Below are positions 11,601-26,600 of a DNA stretch of 64,000 nucleotides, piece after piece (the stretch's first letter is position 1; every line of letters begins with the position of its first letter). Origin of the DNA: Squalus acanthias (Eukaryota). The translations under genes were made by a program, and so were the position numbers. The DNA is taken from positions 71,426,001 through 71,490,000 of the forward strand of contig CM059432.1 in NCBI GenBank assembly GCA_030390025.1. Reading direction: 5' to 3'. The notes under the pieces were generated by a model. That model did not search any database. It saw nothing but the letters and a program-made list of their open reading frames with translations, and was not told where the DNA came from.

Positions 11601-14600
11601 GTTAAACCTGACCTCACTTCTCATCACAATCAAACCTGATCTCATTTCTCATCACAGTCAAAGCTGATCTCACTTCTCATCACAATCAAACCTGATCTCA
11701 CTTCTCATCACAGTCAAACCTGATCTCACTTCTCATCACAGTCAAACCTGACCTCACTTCTCATCACAGTCAAACCTGACCTCACTTCTCATCGCAATCA
11801 AACCTGATCTCACTTCTCATCACAGTCAAACCTGATCTCACTTCTCATCACAGTCAAACCTGACCTCACTTCTCATCACAGTCAAACCTCACCACACGTC
11901 TCATCACAGTTAAACCTGATCTCACTTCTCATCACAGTCAAACCTGACCTCACTTCTCATCACAGTTAAACCTGACCTCACTTCTCATCACAGTCAAAAA
12001 TGACCTCACTTCTCATCACACTGAAACCTGACCTCACTTCTCATCACAATCAAACCTGACCTCACTTCTCATCACAATCAAACCTGACCTCACTTCTCAT
12101 CACAATCAAACCTGACCTCACTTCTCATCACAATCAAACCTGACCACACTTCTCATCACAGTTAAACCTGACCTCACTTCTCATCACAATCAAACCTGTC
12201 CTCACTTCTCATCACAGTTAAACCTGATCTCACTTCTCATCACAATCAAACCTGTCCTCACTTCTCATCACAGTTAAACCTGACCTCACTTCTCATCACA
12301 ATCAAACCTGACCTCACTTCTCATCACAATCAAACCTGACCACACTTCTCATCTCAGTTAAACCTGACCACACTTCTCATCACAGTTAAACCTGACCTCA
12401 CTTCTCATCACAGTTAAACCTGTCCTCACTTCTCATCACAGTTAAACCTGACCTCACTTCTCATCACAATCAAACCTGACCTCACTTCTCATCACAATCA
12501 AACCTGACCTCACTTCTCATCACAGTCAAACCTGACCTCACTTCTCAACGCAATCAAACCTGATCTCACTTCTCATCACAATCAAACCTGACCTCACTTC
12601 TCATCACAATCAAACCTGATCTCATTTCTCATCACAGTCAAACCTGATCTCACTTCTCATCACAATCAAACCTGATCTCACTTCTCATCACAGTCAAACC
12701 TGACCTCACTTCTCATCACAGTTAAACCTGACCTCACTTCTCATCACAATCAAACCTGATCTCATTTCTCATCACAGTCAAAGCTGATCTCACTTCTCAT
12801 CACAATCAAACCTGATCTCACTTCTCATCACAGTCAAACCTGATCTCACTTCTCATCACAGTCAAACCTGACCTCACTTCTCATCACAGTCAAACCTGAC
12901 CTCACTTCTCATCGCAATCAAACCTGACCTCACTTCTCATCACAATCAAACCTGACCACACTTCTCATCTCAGTTAAACCTGACCACACTTCTCATCACA
13001 GTTAAACCTGACCTCACTTCTCATCACAGTTAAACCTGTCCTCACTTCTCATCACAGTTAAACCTGACCTCACTTCTCATCACAATCAAACCTGACCTCA
13101 CTTCTCATCACAATCAAACCTGACCTCACTTCTCATCACAGTCAAACCTGACCTCACTTCTCAACGCAATCAAACCTGATCTCACTTCTCATCACAATCA
13201 AACCTGACCTCACTTCTCATCACAATCAAACCTGATCTCATTTCTCATCACAGTCAAACCTGATCTCACTTCTCATCACAATCAAACCTGATCTCACTTC
13301 TCATCACAGTCAAACCTGACCTCACTTCTCATCACAGTTAAACCTGACCTCACTTCTCATCACAATCAAACCTGATCTCATTTCTCATCACAGTCAAAGC
13401 TGATCTCACTTCTCATCACAATCAAACCTGATCTCACTTCTCATCACAGTCAAACCTGATCTCACTTCTCATCACAGTCAAACCTGACCTCACTTCTCAT
13501 CACAGTCAAACCTGACCTCACTTCTCATCGCAATCAAACCTGATCTCACTTCTCATCACAGTCAAACCTGATCTCACTTCTCATCACAGTCAAACCTGAT
13601 CTCACTTCTCATCACAATCAAACCTGACCTCACTTCTCATCACAATCAAACCTGATCTCATTTCTCATCACAGTCAAACCTGATCTCACTTCTCATCACA
13701 ATCAAACCTGATCTCACTTCTCATCACAGTCAAACCTGACCTCACTTCTCATCACAGTTAAACCTGACCTCACTTCTCATCACAATCAAACCTGATCTCA
13801 TTTCTCATCACAGTCAAAGCTGATCTCACTTCTCATCACAATCAAACCTGATCTCACTTCTCATCACAGTCAAACCTGATCTCACTTCTCATCACAGTCA
13901 AACCTGACCTCACTTCTCATCACAGTCAAACCTGACCTCACTTCTCATCGCAATCAAACCTGATCTCACTTCTCATCACAGTCAAACCTGATCTCACTTC
14001 TCATCACAGTCACACCTGACCTCACTTCTCATCACAGTCAAACCTCACCACACTTCTCATCACAGTTAAACCTGATCTCACTTCTCATCACAGTCAAACC
14101 TGACCTCACTTCTCATCACAGTTAAACCTGACCTCACTTCTCATCACAGTCAAAAATGACCTCACTTCTCATCACACTGAAACCTGACCTCACTTCTCAT
14201 CACAATCAAACCTGACCTCACTTCTCATCACAATCAAACCTGACCTCACTTCTCATCACAATCAAACCTGACCTCACTTCTCATCACAATCAAACCTGAC
14301 CACACTTCTCATCACAGTTAAACCTGACCTCACTTCTCATCACAATCAAACCTGTCCTCACTTCTCATCAGAGTTAAACCTGATCTCACTTCTCATCACA
14401 ATCAAACCTGTCCTCACTTCTCATCACAGTTAAACCTGACCTCACTTCTCATCACAATCAAACCTGACCTCACTTCTCATCACAATCAAACCTGACCACA
14501 CTTCTCATCTCAGTTAAACCTGACCACACTTCTCATCACAGTTAAACCTGACCTCACTTCTCATCACAGTTAAACCTGTCCTCACTTCTCATCACAGTTA

Positions 14601-17600
14601 AACCTGACCTCACTTCTCATCACAATCAAACCTGAGCTCACTTCTCATCACAATCAAACCTGACCTCACTTCTCATCACAGTCAAACCTGACCTCACTTC
14701 TCAACGCAATCAAACCTAATCTCACTTCTCATCACAATCAAACCTGACCTCACTTCTCATCACAATCAAACCTGATCTCATTTCTCATCACAGTCAAACC
14801 TGATCTCACTTCTCATCACAATCAAACCTGATCTCACTTCTCATCACAGTCAAACCTGACCTCACTTCTCATCACAGTTAAACCTGACCTCACTTCTCAT
14901 CACAATCAAACCTGATCTCATTTCTCATCACAGTCAAAGCTGATCTCACTTCTCATCACAATCAAACCTGATCTCACTTCTCAGCACAGTCAAACCTGAC
15001 CTCACTTCTCATCACAGTCAAACCTGACCTCACTTCTCATCGCAATCAAACCTGATCTCACTTCTCATCACAGTCAAACCTGATCTCACTTCTCATCACA
15101 GTCAAACCTGACCTCACTTCTCATCACAGTCAAACCTCACCACACTTCTCATCACAATCAAACCTGACCTCACTTCTCATCACAGTTAAACCTGACCTCA
15201 CTTCTCATCACAACCAAACCTGATCTCACTTCTCATCACAATCAAACATGACCACACTTCTCATCACAATCAAACCTGTCCTCACTTCTCATCACAGTTA
15301 AACCTGACCTCACTTCTCATCACAATCAAACCTGTCCTCACTTCTCATCACAGTTAAACCTGACCTCACTTCTCCTCACAGTTAAACCTGACCTCACTTC
15401 TCATCACAATCAAACCTGACCTCACTTCTCATCACAATCAAACCTGTCCTCACTTCTCATCACAGTTAAACCTGACCTCACTTCTCATCGCAATCAAACC
15501 TGTCCTCACTTCTCATCACAGTTAAACCTCACCACACTTCTCATCACAGTTAAACCTGATCTCACTTCTCATCACAGTCAAACCTGACCTCACTTCTCAT
15601 CACAGTTAAACCTGACCTCACTTCTCATCACAGTCAAAAATGACCTCACTTCTCATCACACTGAAACCTGACCTCACTTCTCATCACAATCAAACCTGAC
15701 CTCACTTCTCATCACAATCAAACCTGACCTCACTTCTCATCACAATCAAACCTGACCTCACTTCTCATCACAATCAAACCTGACCACACTTCTCATCACA
15801 GTTAAACCTGACCTCACTTCTCATCACAATCAAACCTGTCCTCACTTCTCATCACAGTTAAACCTGATCTCACTTCTCATCACAATCAAACCTGTCCTCA
15901 CTTCTCATCACAGTTAAACCTGACCTCACTTCTCATCACAATCAAACCTGACCTCACTTCTCATCACAATCAAACCTGACCACACTTCTCATCTCAGTTA
16001 AACCTGACCTCACTTCTCATCACAGTTAAACCTGACCTCACTTCTCATCACAGTTAAACCTGTCCTCACTTCTCATCACAGTTAAACCTGACCTCACTTC
16101 TCATCACAATCAAACCTGACCTCACTTCTCATCACAATCAAACCTGACCTCACTTCTCATCACAGTCAAACCTGTCCTCACTTCTCATCACAGTTAAACC
16201 TGACCTCACTTCTCCTCACAGTTAAACCTGACCTCACTTCTCATCACAATCAAACCTGACCTCACTTCTCATCACAATCAAACCTGTCCTCACTTCTCAT
16301 CACAGTTAAACCTGACCTCACTTCTCATCGCAATCAAACCTGTCCTCACTTCTCATCACAGTTAAACCTCACCACACTTCTCATCACAGTTAAACCTGAT
16401 CTCACTTCTCATCACAGTCAAACCTGACCTCACTTCTCATCACAGTTAAACCTGACCTCACTTCTCATCACAGTCAAAAATGACCTCACTTCTCATCACA
16501 CTGAAACCTGACCTCACTTCTCATCACAATCAAACCTGACCTCACTTCTCATCACAATCAAACCTGACCTCACTTCTCATCACAATCAAACCTGACCTCA
16601 CTTCTCATCACAATCAAACCTGACCACACTTCTCATCACAGTTAAACCTGACCTCACTTCTCATCACAATCAAACCTGTCCTCACTTCTCATCACAGTTA
16701 AACCTGATCTCACTTCTCATCACAATCAAACCTGTCCTCACTTCTCATCACAGTTAAACCTGACCTCACTTCTCATCACAATCAAACCTGACCTCACTTC
16801 TCATCACAATCAAACCTGACCACACTTCTCATCTCAGTTAAACCTGACCTCACTTCTCATCACAGTTAAACCTGACCTCACTTCTCATCACAGTTAAACC
16901 TGTCCTCACTTCTCATCACAGTTAAACCTGACCTCACTTCTCATCACAATCAAACCTGACCTCACTTCTCATCACAATCAAACCTGACCTCACTTCTCAT
17001 CACAGTCAAACCTGACCTCACTTCTCAATGCAATCAAACCTGATCTCACTTCTCATCACAATCAAACCTGACCTCACTTCTCATCACAATCAAACCTGAT
17101 CTCATTTCTCATCACAGTCAAACCTGATCTCACTTCTCATCACAATCAAACCTGATCTCACTTCTCATCACAGTCAAACCTGACCTCACTTCTCATCACA
17201 GTTAAACCTGACCTCACTTCTCATCACAATCAAACCTGATCTCATTTCTCATCACAGTCAAAGCTGATCTCACTTCTCAACACAATCAAACCTGATCTCA
17301 CTTCTCATCACAGTCAAACCTGATCTCACTTCTCATCACAGTCAAACCTGACCTCACTTCTCATCACAGTCAAACCTGACCTCACTTCTCATCGCAATCA
17401 AACCTGATTTCACTTCTCATCACAGTCAAACCTGATCTCACTTCTCATCACAGTCAAACCTGACCTCACTTCTCATCACAGTCAAACCTCACCTCACTTC
17501 TCATCACAATCAAACCTGACCTCACTTCTCATCACAGTTAAACCTGACCTCACTTCTCATCACAACCAAACCTGATCTCACTTCTCATCACAATCAAACA

Positions 17601-20600
17601 TGACCACACTTCTCATCACAATCAAACCTGTCCTCACTTCTCATCACAGTTAAACCTGACCTCACTTCTCATCACAATCAAACCTGTCCTCACTTCTCAT
17701 CACAGTTAAACCTGACCTCACTTCTCATCACAGTTAAACCTGACCTCAATTCTCATCACAATCAAACCTGACCTCACTTCTCATCACAGTTAAACCTGGC
17801 CACACTTCTCATCACAATCAAACCTGATCTCACTTCTCATCACAGTCAAACCTCACCACACTTCTCATCACAATCAAACCTGACCACAGTTCTCATCAGT
17901 TAAACCTGACCTCACTTCTCATCACAATCAAACCTGTCCTCACTTCTCATCACAGTTAAACCTGATCTCACTTCTCATCACAACCAAACCTGATCTCACT
18001 TCTCATCACAATCAAACATGACCACACTTCTCATCACAATCAAACCTGTCCTCACTTCTCATCACAGTTAAACCTGACCTCACTTCTCATCACAATCAAA
18101 CCTGTCCTCACTTCTCATCACAGTTAAACCTGACCTCACTTCTCATCACAGTTAAACCTGACCTCACTTCTCATCACAATCAAACCTGACCTCACTTCTC
18201 ATCACAATCAAACCTGACCTCACTTCTCATCACAGTTAAACCTGACCTCAATTCTCATCACAATCAAACCTGACCTCACTTCTCATCACAGTTAAACCTG
18301 GCCACACTTCTCATCACAATCAAACCTGATCTCACTTCTCATCACAGTCAAACCTCACCACACTTCTCATCACAATCAAACCTGACCACAGTTCTCATCA
18401 GTTAAACCTGACCTCACTTCTCATCACAATCAAACCTGTCCTCACTTCTCATCACAGTTAAACCTGATCTCACTTCTCATCACAATCAAACCTGTCCTCA
18501 CATCTCATCACAGTTAAACCTGACCTCACTTCTCATCACAATCAAACCTGACCTCACTTCTCATCACAATCAAACCTGACCACACTTCTCATCTCAGTTA
18601 AACCTGACCACACTTCTCATCACAGTTAAACCTGACCTCACTTCTCATCACAGTTAAACCTGTCCTCACTTCTCATCACAGTTAAACCTGACCTCACTTC
18701 TCATCACAATCAAACCTGACCTCACTTCTCATCACAATCAAACCTGACCTCACTTCTCATCACAGTCAAACCTGACCTCACTTCTCAACGCAATCAAACC
18801 TGATCTCACTTCTCATCACAATCAAACCTGACCTCACTTCTCATCACAATCAAACCTGATCTCATTTCTCATCACAGTCAAACCTGATCTCACTTCTCAT
18901 CACAATCAAACCTGATCTCACTTCTCATCACAGTCAAACCTGACCTCACTTCTCATCACAGTTAAACCTGACCTCACTTCTCATCACAATCAAACCTGAT
19001 CTCATTTCTCATCACAGTCAAAGCTGATCTCACTTCTCATCACAATCAAACCTGATCTCACTTCTCATCACAGTCAAACCTGATCTCACTTCTCATCACA
19101 GTCAAACCTGACCTCACTTCTCATCACAGTCAAACCTGACCTCACTTCTCATCGCAATCAAACCTGATCTCACTTCTCATCACAGTCAAACCTGATCTCA
19201 CTTCTCATCACAGTCAAACCTGACCTCACTTCTCATCACAGTCAAACCTCACCACACTTCTCATCACAGTTAAACCTGATCTCACTTCTCATCACAGTCA
19301 AACCTGACCTCACTTCTCATCACAGTCAAAAATGACCTCACTTCTCATCACACTGAAACCTGACCTCACTTCTCATCACAATCAAACCTGACCTCACTTC
19401 TCATCACAATCAAACCTGACCTCACTTCTCATCACAATCAAACCTGACCTCACTTCTCATCACAATCAAACCTGACCACACTTCTCATCACAGTTAAACC
19501 TGACCTCACTTCTCATCACAATCAAACCTGTCCTCACTTCTCATCACAGTTAAACCTGATCTCACTTCTCATCACAATCAAACCTGTCCTCACTTCTCAT
19601 CACAGTTAAACCTGACCTCACTTCTCATCACAATCAAACCTGACCTCACTTCTCATCACAATCAAACCTGACCACACTTCTCATCTCAGTTAAACCTGAC
19701 CACACTTCTCATCACAGTTAAACCTGACCTCACTTCTCATCACAGTAAAACCTGTCCTCACTTCTCATCACAGTTAAACCTGACCTCACTTCTCATCACA
19801 ATCAAACCTGACCTCACTTCTCATCACAATCAAACCTGACCTCACTTCTCATCACAGTCAAACCTGACCTCACTTCTCAACGCAATCAAACCTGATCTCA
19901 CTTCTCATCACAATCAAACCTGACCTCACTTCTCATCACAATCAAACCTGATCTCATTTCTCATCACAGTCAAACCTGATCTCACTTCTCATCACAATCA
20001 AACCTGATCTCACTTCTCATCACAGTCAAACCTGACCTCACTTCTCATCACAGTTAAACCTGACCTCACTTCTCATCACAATCAAACCTGATCTCATTTC
20101 TCATCACAGTCAAAGCTGATCTCATTTCTCATCACAATCAAACCTGATCTCACTTCTCATCACAGTCAAACCTGATCTCACTTCTCATCACAGTCAAACC
20201 TGACCTCACTTCTCATCACAGTCAAACCTGACCTCACTTCTCATCGCAATCAAACCTGATCTCACTTCTCATCACAGTCAAACCTGATCTCACTTCTCAT
20301 CACAGTCAAACCTGACCTCACTTCTCATCACAGTCAAACCTCACCACACTTCTCATCACAATCAAACCTGACCTCACTTCTCATCACAGTTAAACCTGAC
20401 CTCACTTCTCATCACAACCAAACCTGATCTCACTTCTCATCACAATCAAACATGACCACACTTCTCATCACAATCAAACCTGTCCTCACTTCTCATCACA
20501 GTTAAACCTGACCTCACTTCTCATCACAATCAAACCTGTCCTCACTTCTCATCACAGTTAAACCTGACCTCACTTCTCATCACAGTTAAACCTGACCTCA

Positions 20601-23600
20601 CTTCTCATCACAATCAAACCTGACCTCACTTCTCATCACAATCAAACCTGACCTCACTTCTCATCACAGTTAAACCTGACCTCAATTCTCATCACAATCA
20701 AACCTGACCTCACTTCTCATCACAGTTAAACCTGGCCACACTTCTCATCACAATCAAACCTGATCTCACTTCTCATCACAGTCAAACCTCACCACACTTC
20801 TCATCACAATCAAAGCTGACCACAGTTCTCATCAGTTAAACCTGACCTCAATTCTCATCACAATCAAACCTGACCTCACTTCTCATCACAATCAAACCTG
20901 ATCTCACTTCTCATCACAATCAAACCTGACCACACTTCTCATCACAGTTAAACCTGACCTCACTTCTCATCACAGTCATACCTGATCTCACTTCTCATCA
21001 CAATCAAACCTGACCTCACTTCTCATCACAGTTAAACCTGACCACACTTCTCATCACAATCAAACCTGACCACACTTCTCATCACAGTTAAACCTGACCT
21101 CACTTCTCATCACAGTCATACCTGATCTCACTTCTCATCACAATCAAACCTGACCTCACTTCTCATCACAGTTAAACCTGACCTCACTTCTCATCACAAC
21201 CAAACCTGATCTCACTTCTCATCACAATCAAACATGACCACACTTCTCATCACAACCAAACCTGACCTCACTTCTCATCACAACCAAACCTGATCTCACT
21301 TCTCATCACAGTCAAACCTGATGTCACTTCTCATCACAATCAAACCTCACCTCACTTCTCATCACAGTTAAACCTGATCTCACTTCTCATCACAGTTAAA
21401 CCTGATCTCACTTCTCATCACAGTCAAACCTGACCTCACTTCTCATCACAGTTAAACCTGACCTCACTTCTCATCACAGTCAAAAATGACCTCACTTCTC
21501 ATCACACTGAAACCTAACCTCACTTCTCATCACAATCAAACCTGACCTCACTTCTCATCACAATCAAACCTGACATCGCTTCTCCTCACAATCAAACCTG
21601 ACCTCACTTCTCATCACAATCAAACCTGACCACACTTCTCATCACAGTTAAACCTGACCTCACTTCTCATCACAATCAAACCTGTCCTCACTTCTCATCA
21701 CAGTTAAACCTGATCTCACTTCTCATCACAATCAAACCTCTCCTCACTTCTCATTACAGTTAAACCTGACCTCACTTCTCATCACAATCAAACCTGACCT
21801 CACTTCTCATCACAATCAAACCTGACCACACTTCTCATCTCAGTTAAACCTGACCACACTTCTCATCACAGTTAAACCTGACCTCACTTCTCATCACAGT
21901 TAAACCTGTCCTCACTTCTCATCACAGTTAAACCTGACCTCACTTCTCATCACAATCAAACCTGACCTCACTTCTCATCACAATCAAACCTGACCTCACT
22001 TCTCATCACAGTCAAACCTGACCTCACTTCTCAACGCAATCAAACCTGATCTCACTTCTCATCACAATCAAACCTGACCTCACTTCTCATCACAATCAAA
22101 CCTGATCTCATTTCTCATCACAGTCAAACCTGATCTCACTTCTCATCACAATCAAACCTGATCTCACTTCTCATCACAGTCAAACCTGACCTCACTTCTC
22201 ATCACAGTTAAACCTGACCTCACTTCTCATCACAATCAAACCTGATCTCATTTCTCATCACAGTCAAAGCTGATCTCACTTCTCATCACAATCAAACCTG
22301 ATCTCACTTCTCATCACAGTCAAACCTGATCTCACTTCTCATCACAGTCAAACCTGACCTCACTTCTCATCACAGTCAAACCTGACCTCACTTCTCATCG
22401 CAATCAAACCTGATCTCACTTCTCATCACAGTCAAACCTGATCTCACTTCTCATCACAGTCAAACCTGACCTCACTTCTCATCACAGTCAAACCTGACCT
22501 CACTTCTCATCGCAATCAAACCTGATCTCACTTCTCATCACAATCAAACCTGACCTCACTTCTCATCACAATCAAACCTGACCTCACTTTTCATCACAGT
22601 CAAACCTGACCTCACTTCTCATCACAGTCAAACCTGACCTCAATTCTCATCACAATCAAACCTGACCTCACTTCTCATCACAGTTAAACCTGACCACACG
22701 TCTCATCACAATCAAACCTGACCACAATTCTCATCACAATCAAACCTGACCTCACTTCTCATCACAGTTAAACCTGACCTCACTTCTCATCACAATCAAA
22801 CCTGACCTCACTTCTCATCACAATCAAACCTGACCACACTTCTCATCTCAGTTAAACCTGACCTCACTTCTCATCACAGTTAAACCTGACCTCACTTCTC
22901 ATCACAGTTAAACCTGTCCTCACTTCTCATCACAGTTAAACCTGACCTCACTTCTCATCACAATCAAACCTGACCTCACTTCTCATCACAATCAAACCTG
23001 ACCTCACTTCTCATCACAGTCAAACCTGTCCTCACTTCTCATCACAGTTAAACCTGACCTCACTTCTCCTCACAGTTAAACCTGACCTCACTTCTCATCA
23101 CAATCAAACCTGACCTCACTTCTCATCACAATCGAACCTGTCCTCACTTCTCATCACAGTTAAACCTGACCTCACTTCTCATCGCAATCAAACCTGTCCT
23201 CACTTCTCATCACAGTTAAACCTCACCACACTTCTCATCACAGTTAAACCTGATCTCACTTCTCATCACAGTCAAACCTGACCTCACTTCTCATCACAGT
23301 TAAACCTGACCTCACTTCTCATCACAGTCAAAAATGACCTCACTTCTCATCACACTGAAACCTGACCTCACTTCTCATCACAATCAAACCTGACCTCACT
23401 TCTCATCACAATCAAACCTGACCTCACTTCTCATCACAATCAAACCTGACCTCACTTCTCATCACAATCAAACCTGACCACACTTCTCATCACAGTTAAA
23501 CCTGACCTCACTTCTCATCACAATCAAACCTGTCCTCACTTCTCATCACAGTTAAACCTGATCTCACTTCTCATCACAATCAAACCTGTCCTCACTTCTC

Positions 23601-26600
23601 ATCACAGTTAAACCTGACCTCACTTCTCATCACAATCAAACCTGACCTCACTTCTCATCACAATCAAACCTGACCACACTTCTCATCTCAGTTAAACCTG
23701 ACCTCACTTCTCATCACAGTTAAACCTGACCTCACTTCTCATCACAGTTAAACCTGTCCTCACTTCTCATCACAGTTAAACCTGACCTCACTTCTCATCA
23801 CAATCAAACCTGACCTCACTTCTCATCACAATCAAACCTGACCTCACTTCTCATCACAGTCAAACCTGACCTCACTTCTCAATGCAATCAAACCTGATCT
23901 CACTTCTCATCACAATCAAACCTGACCTCACTTCTCATCACAATCAAACCTGATCTCATTTCTCATCACAGTCAAACCTGATCTCACTTCTCATCACAAT
24001 CAAACCTGATCTCACTTCTCATCACAGTCAAACCTGACCTCACTTCTCATCACAGTTAAACCTGACCTCACTTCTCATCACAATCAAACCTGATCTCATT
24101 TCTCATCACAGTCAAAGCTGATCTCACTTCTCAACACAATCAAACCTGATCTCACTTCTCATCACAGTCAAACCTGATCTCACTTCTCATCACAGTCAAA
24201 CCTGACCTCACTTCTCATCACAGTCAAACCTGACCTCACTTCTCATCGCAATCAAACCTGATTTCACTTCTCATCACAGTCAAACCTGATCTCACTTCTC
24301 ATCACAGTCAAACCTGACCTCACTTCTCATCACAGTCAAACCTCACCTCACTTCTCATCACAATCAAACCTGACCTCACTTCTCATCACAGTTAAACCTG
24401 ACCTCACTTCTCATCACAACCAAACCTGATCTCACTTCTCATCACAATCAAACATGACCACACTTCTCATCACAATCAAACCTGTCCTCACTTCTCATCA
24501 CAGTTAAACCTGACCTCACTTCTCATCACAATCAAACCTGTCCTCACTTCTCATCACAGTTAAACCTGACCTCACTTCTCATCACAGTTAAACCTGACCT
24601 CACTTCTCATCACAATCAAACCTGACCTCACTTCTCATCACAATCAAACCTGACCTCACTTCTCATCACAGTTAAACCTGACCTCAATTCTCATCACAAT
24701 CAAACCTGACCTCACTTCTCATCACAGTTAAACCTGGCCACACTTCTCATCACAATCAAACCTGATCTCACTTCTCATCACAGTCAAACCTCACCACACT
24801 TCTCATCACAATCAAACCTGACCACAGTTCTCATCAGTTAAACCTGACCTCACTTCTCATCACAATCAAACCTGTCCTCACTTCTCATCACAGTTAAACC
24901 TGATCTCACTTCTCATCACAATCAAACCTGTCCTCACATCTCATCACAGTTAAACCTGACCTCACTTCTCATCACAATCAAACCTGACCTCACTTCTCAT
25001 CACAATCAAACCTGACCACACTTCTCATCTCAGTTAAACCTGACCACACTTCTCATCACAGTTAAACCTGACCTCACTTCTCATCACAGTTAAACCTGTC
25101 CTCACTTCTCATCACAGTTAAACCTGACCTCACTTCTCATCACAATCAAACCTGACCTCACTTCTCATCACAATCAAACCTGACCTCACTTCTCATCACA
25201 GTCAAACCTGACCTCACTTCTCAACGCAATCAAACCTGATCTCACTTCTCATCACAATCAAACCTGACCTCACTTCTCATCACAATCAAACCTGATCTCA
25301 TTTCTCATCACAGTCAAACCTGATCTCACTTCTCATCACAATCAAACCTGATCTCACTTCTCATCACAGTCAAACCTGACCTCACTTCTCATCACAGTTA
25401 AACCTGACCTCACTTCTCATCACAATCAAACCTGATCTCATTTCTCATCACAGTCAAAGCTGATCTCACTTCTCATCACAATCAAACCTGATCTCACTTC
25501 TCATCACAGTCAAACCTGATCTCACTTCTCATCACAGTCAAACCTGACCTCACTTCTCATCACAGTCAAACCTGACCTCACTTCTCATCGCAATCAAACC
25601 TGATCTCACTTCTCATCACAGTCAAACCTGATCTCACTTCTCATCACAGTCAAACCTGACCTCACTTCTCATCACAGTCAAACCTCACCACACTTCTCAT
25701 CACAGTTAAACCTGATCTCACTTCTCATCACAGTCAAACCTGACCTCACTTCTCATCACAGTCAAAAATGACCTCACTTCTCATCACACTGAAACCTGAC
25801 CTCACTTCTCATCACAATCAAACCTGACCTCACTTCTCATCACAATCAAACCTGACCTCACTTCTCATCACAATCAAACCTGACCTCACTTCTCATCACA
25901 ATCAAACCTGACCACACTTCTCATCACAGTTAAACCTGACCTCACTTCTCATCACAATCAAACCTGTCCTCACTTCTCATCACAGTTAAACCTGATCTCA
26001 CTTCTCATCACAATCAAACCTGTCCTCACTTCTCATCACAGTTAAACCTGACCTCACTTCTCATCACAATCAAACCTGACCTCACTTCTCATCACAATCA
26101 AACCTGACCACACTTCTCATCTCAGTTAAACCTGACCACACTTCTCATCACAGTTAAACCTGACCTCACTTCTCATCACAGTTAAACCTCTCCTCACTTC
26201 TCATCACAGTTAAACCTGACCTCACTTCTCATCACAATCAAACCTGACCTCACTTCTCATCACAATCAAACCTGACCTCACTTCTCATCACAGTCAAACC
26301 TGACCTCACTTCTCAACGCAATCAAACCTGATCTCACTTCTCATCACAATCAAACCTGACCTCACTTCTCATCACAATCAAACCTGATCTCATTTCTCAT
26401 CACAGTCAAACCTGATCTCACTTCTCATCACAATCAAACCTGATCTCACTTCTCATCACAGTCAAACCTGACCTCACTTCTCATCACAGTTAAACCTGAC
26501 CTCACTTCTCATCACAATCAAACCTGATCTCATTTCTCATCACAGTCAAAGCTGATCTCATTTCTCATCACAATCAAACCTGATCTCACTTCTCATCACA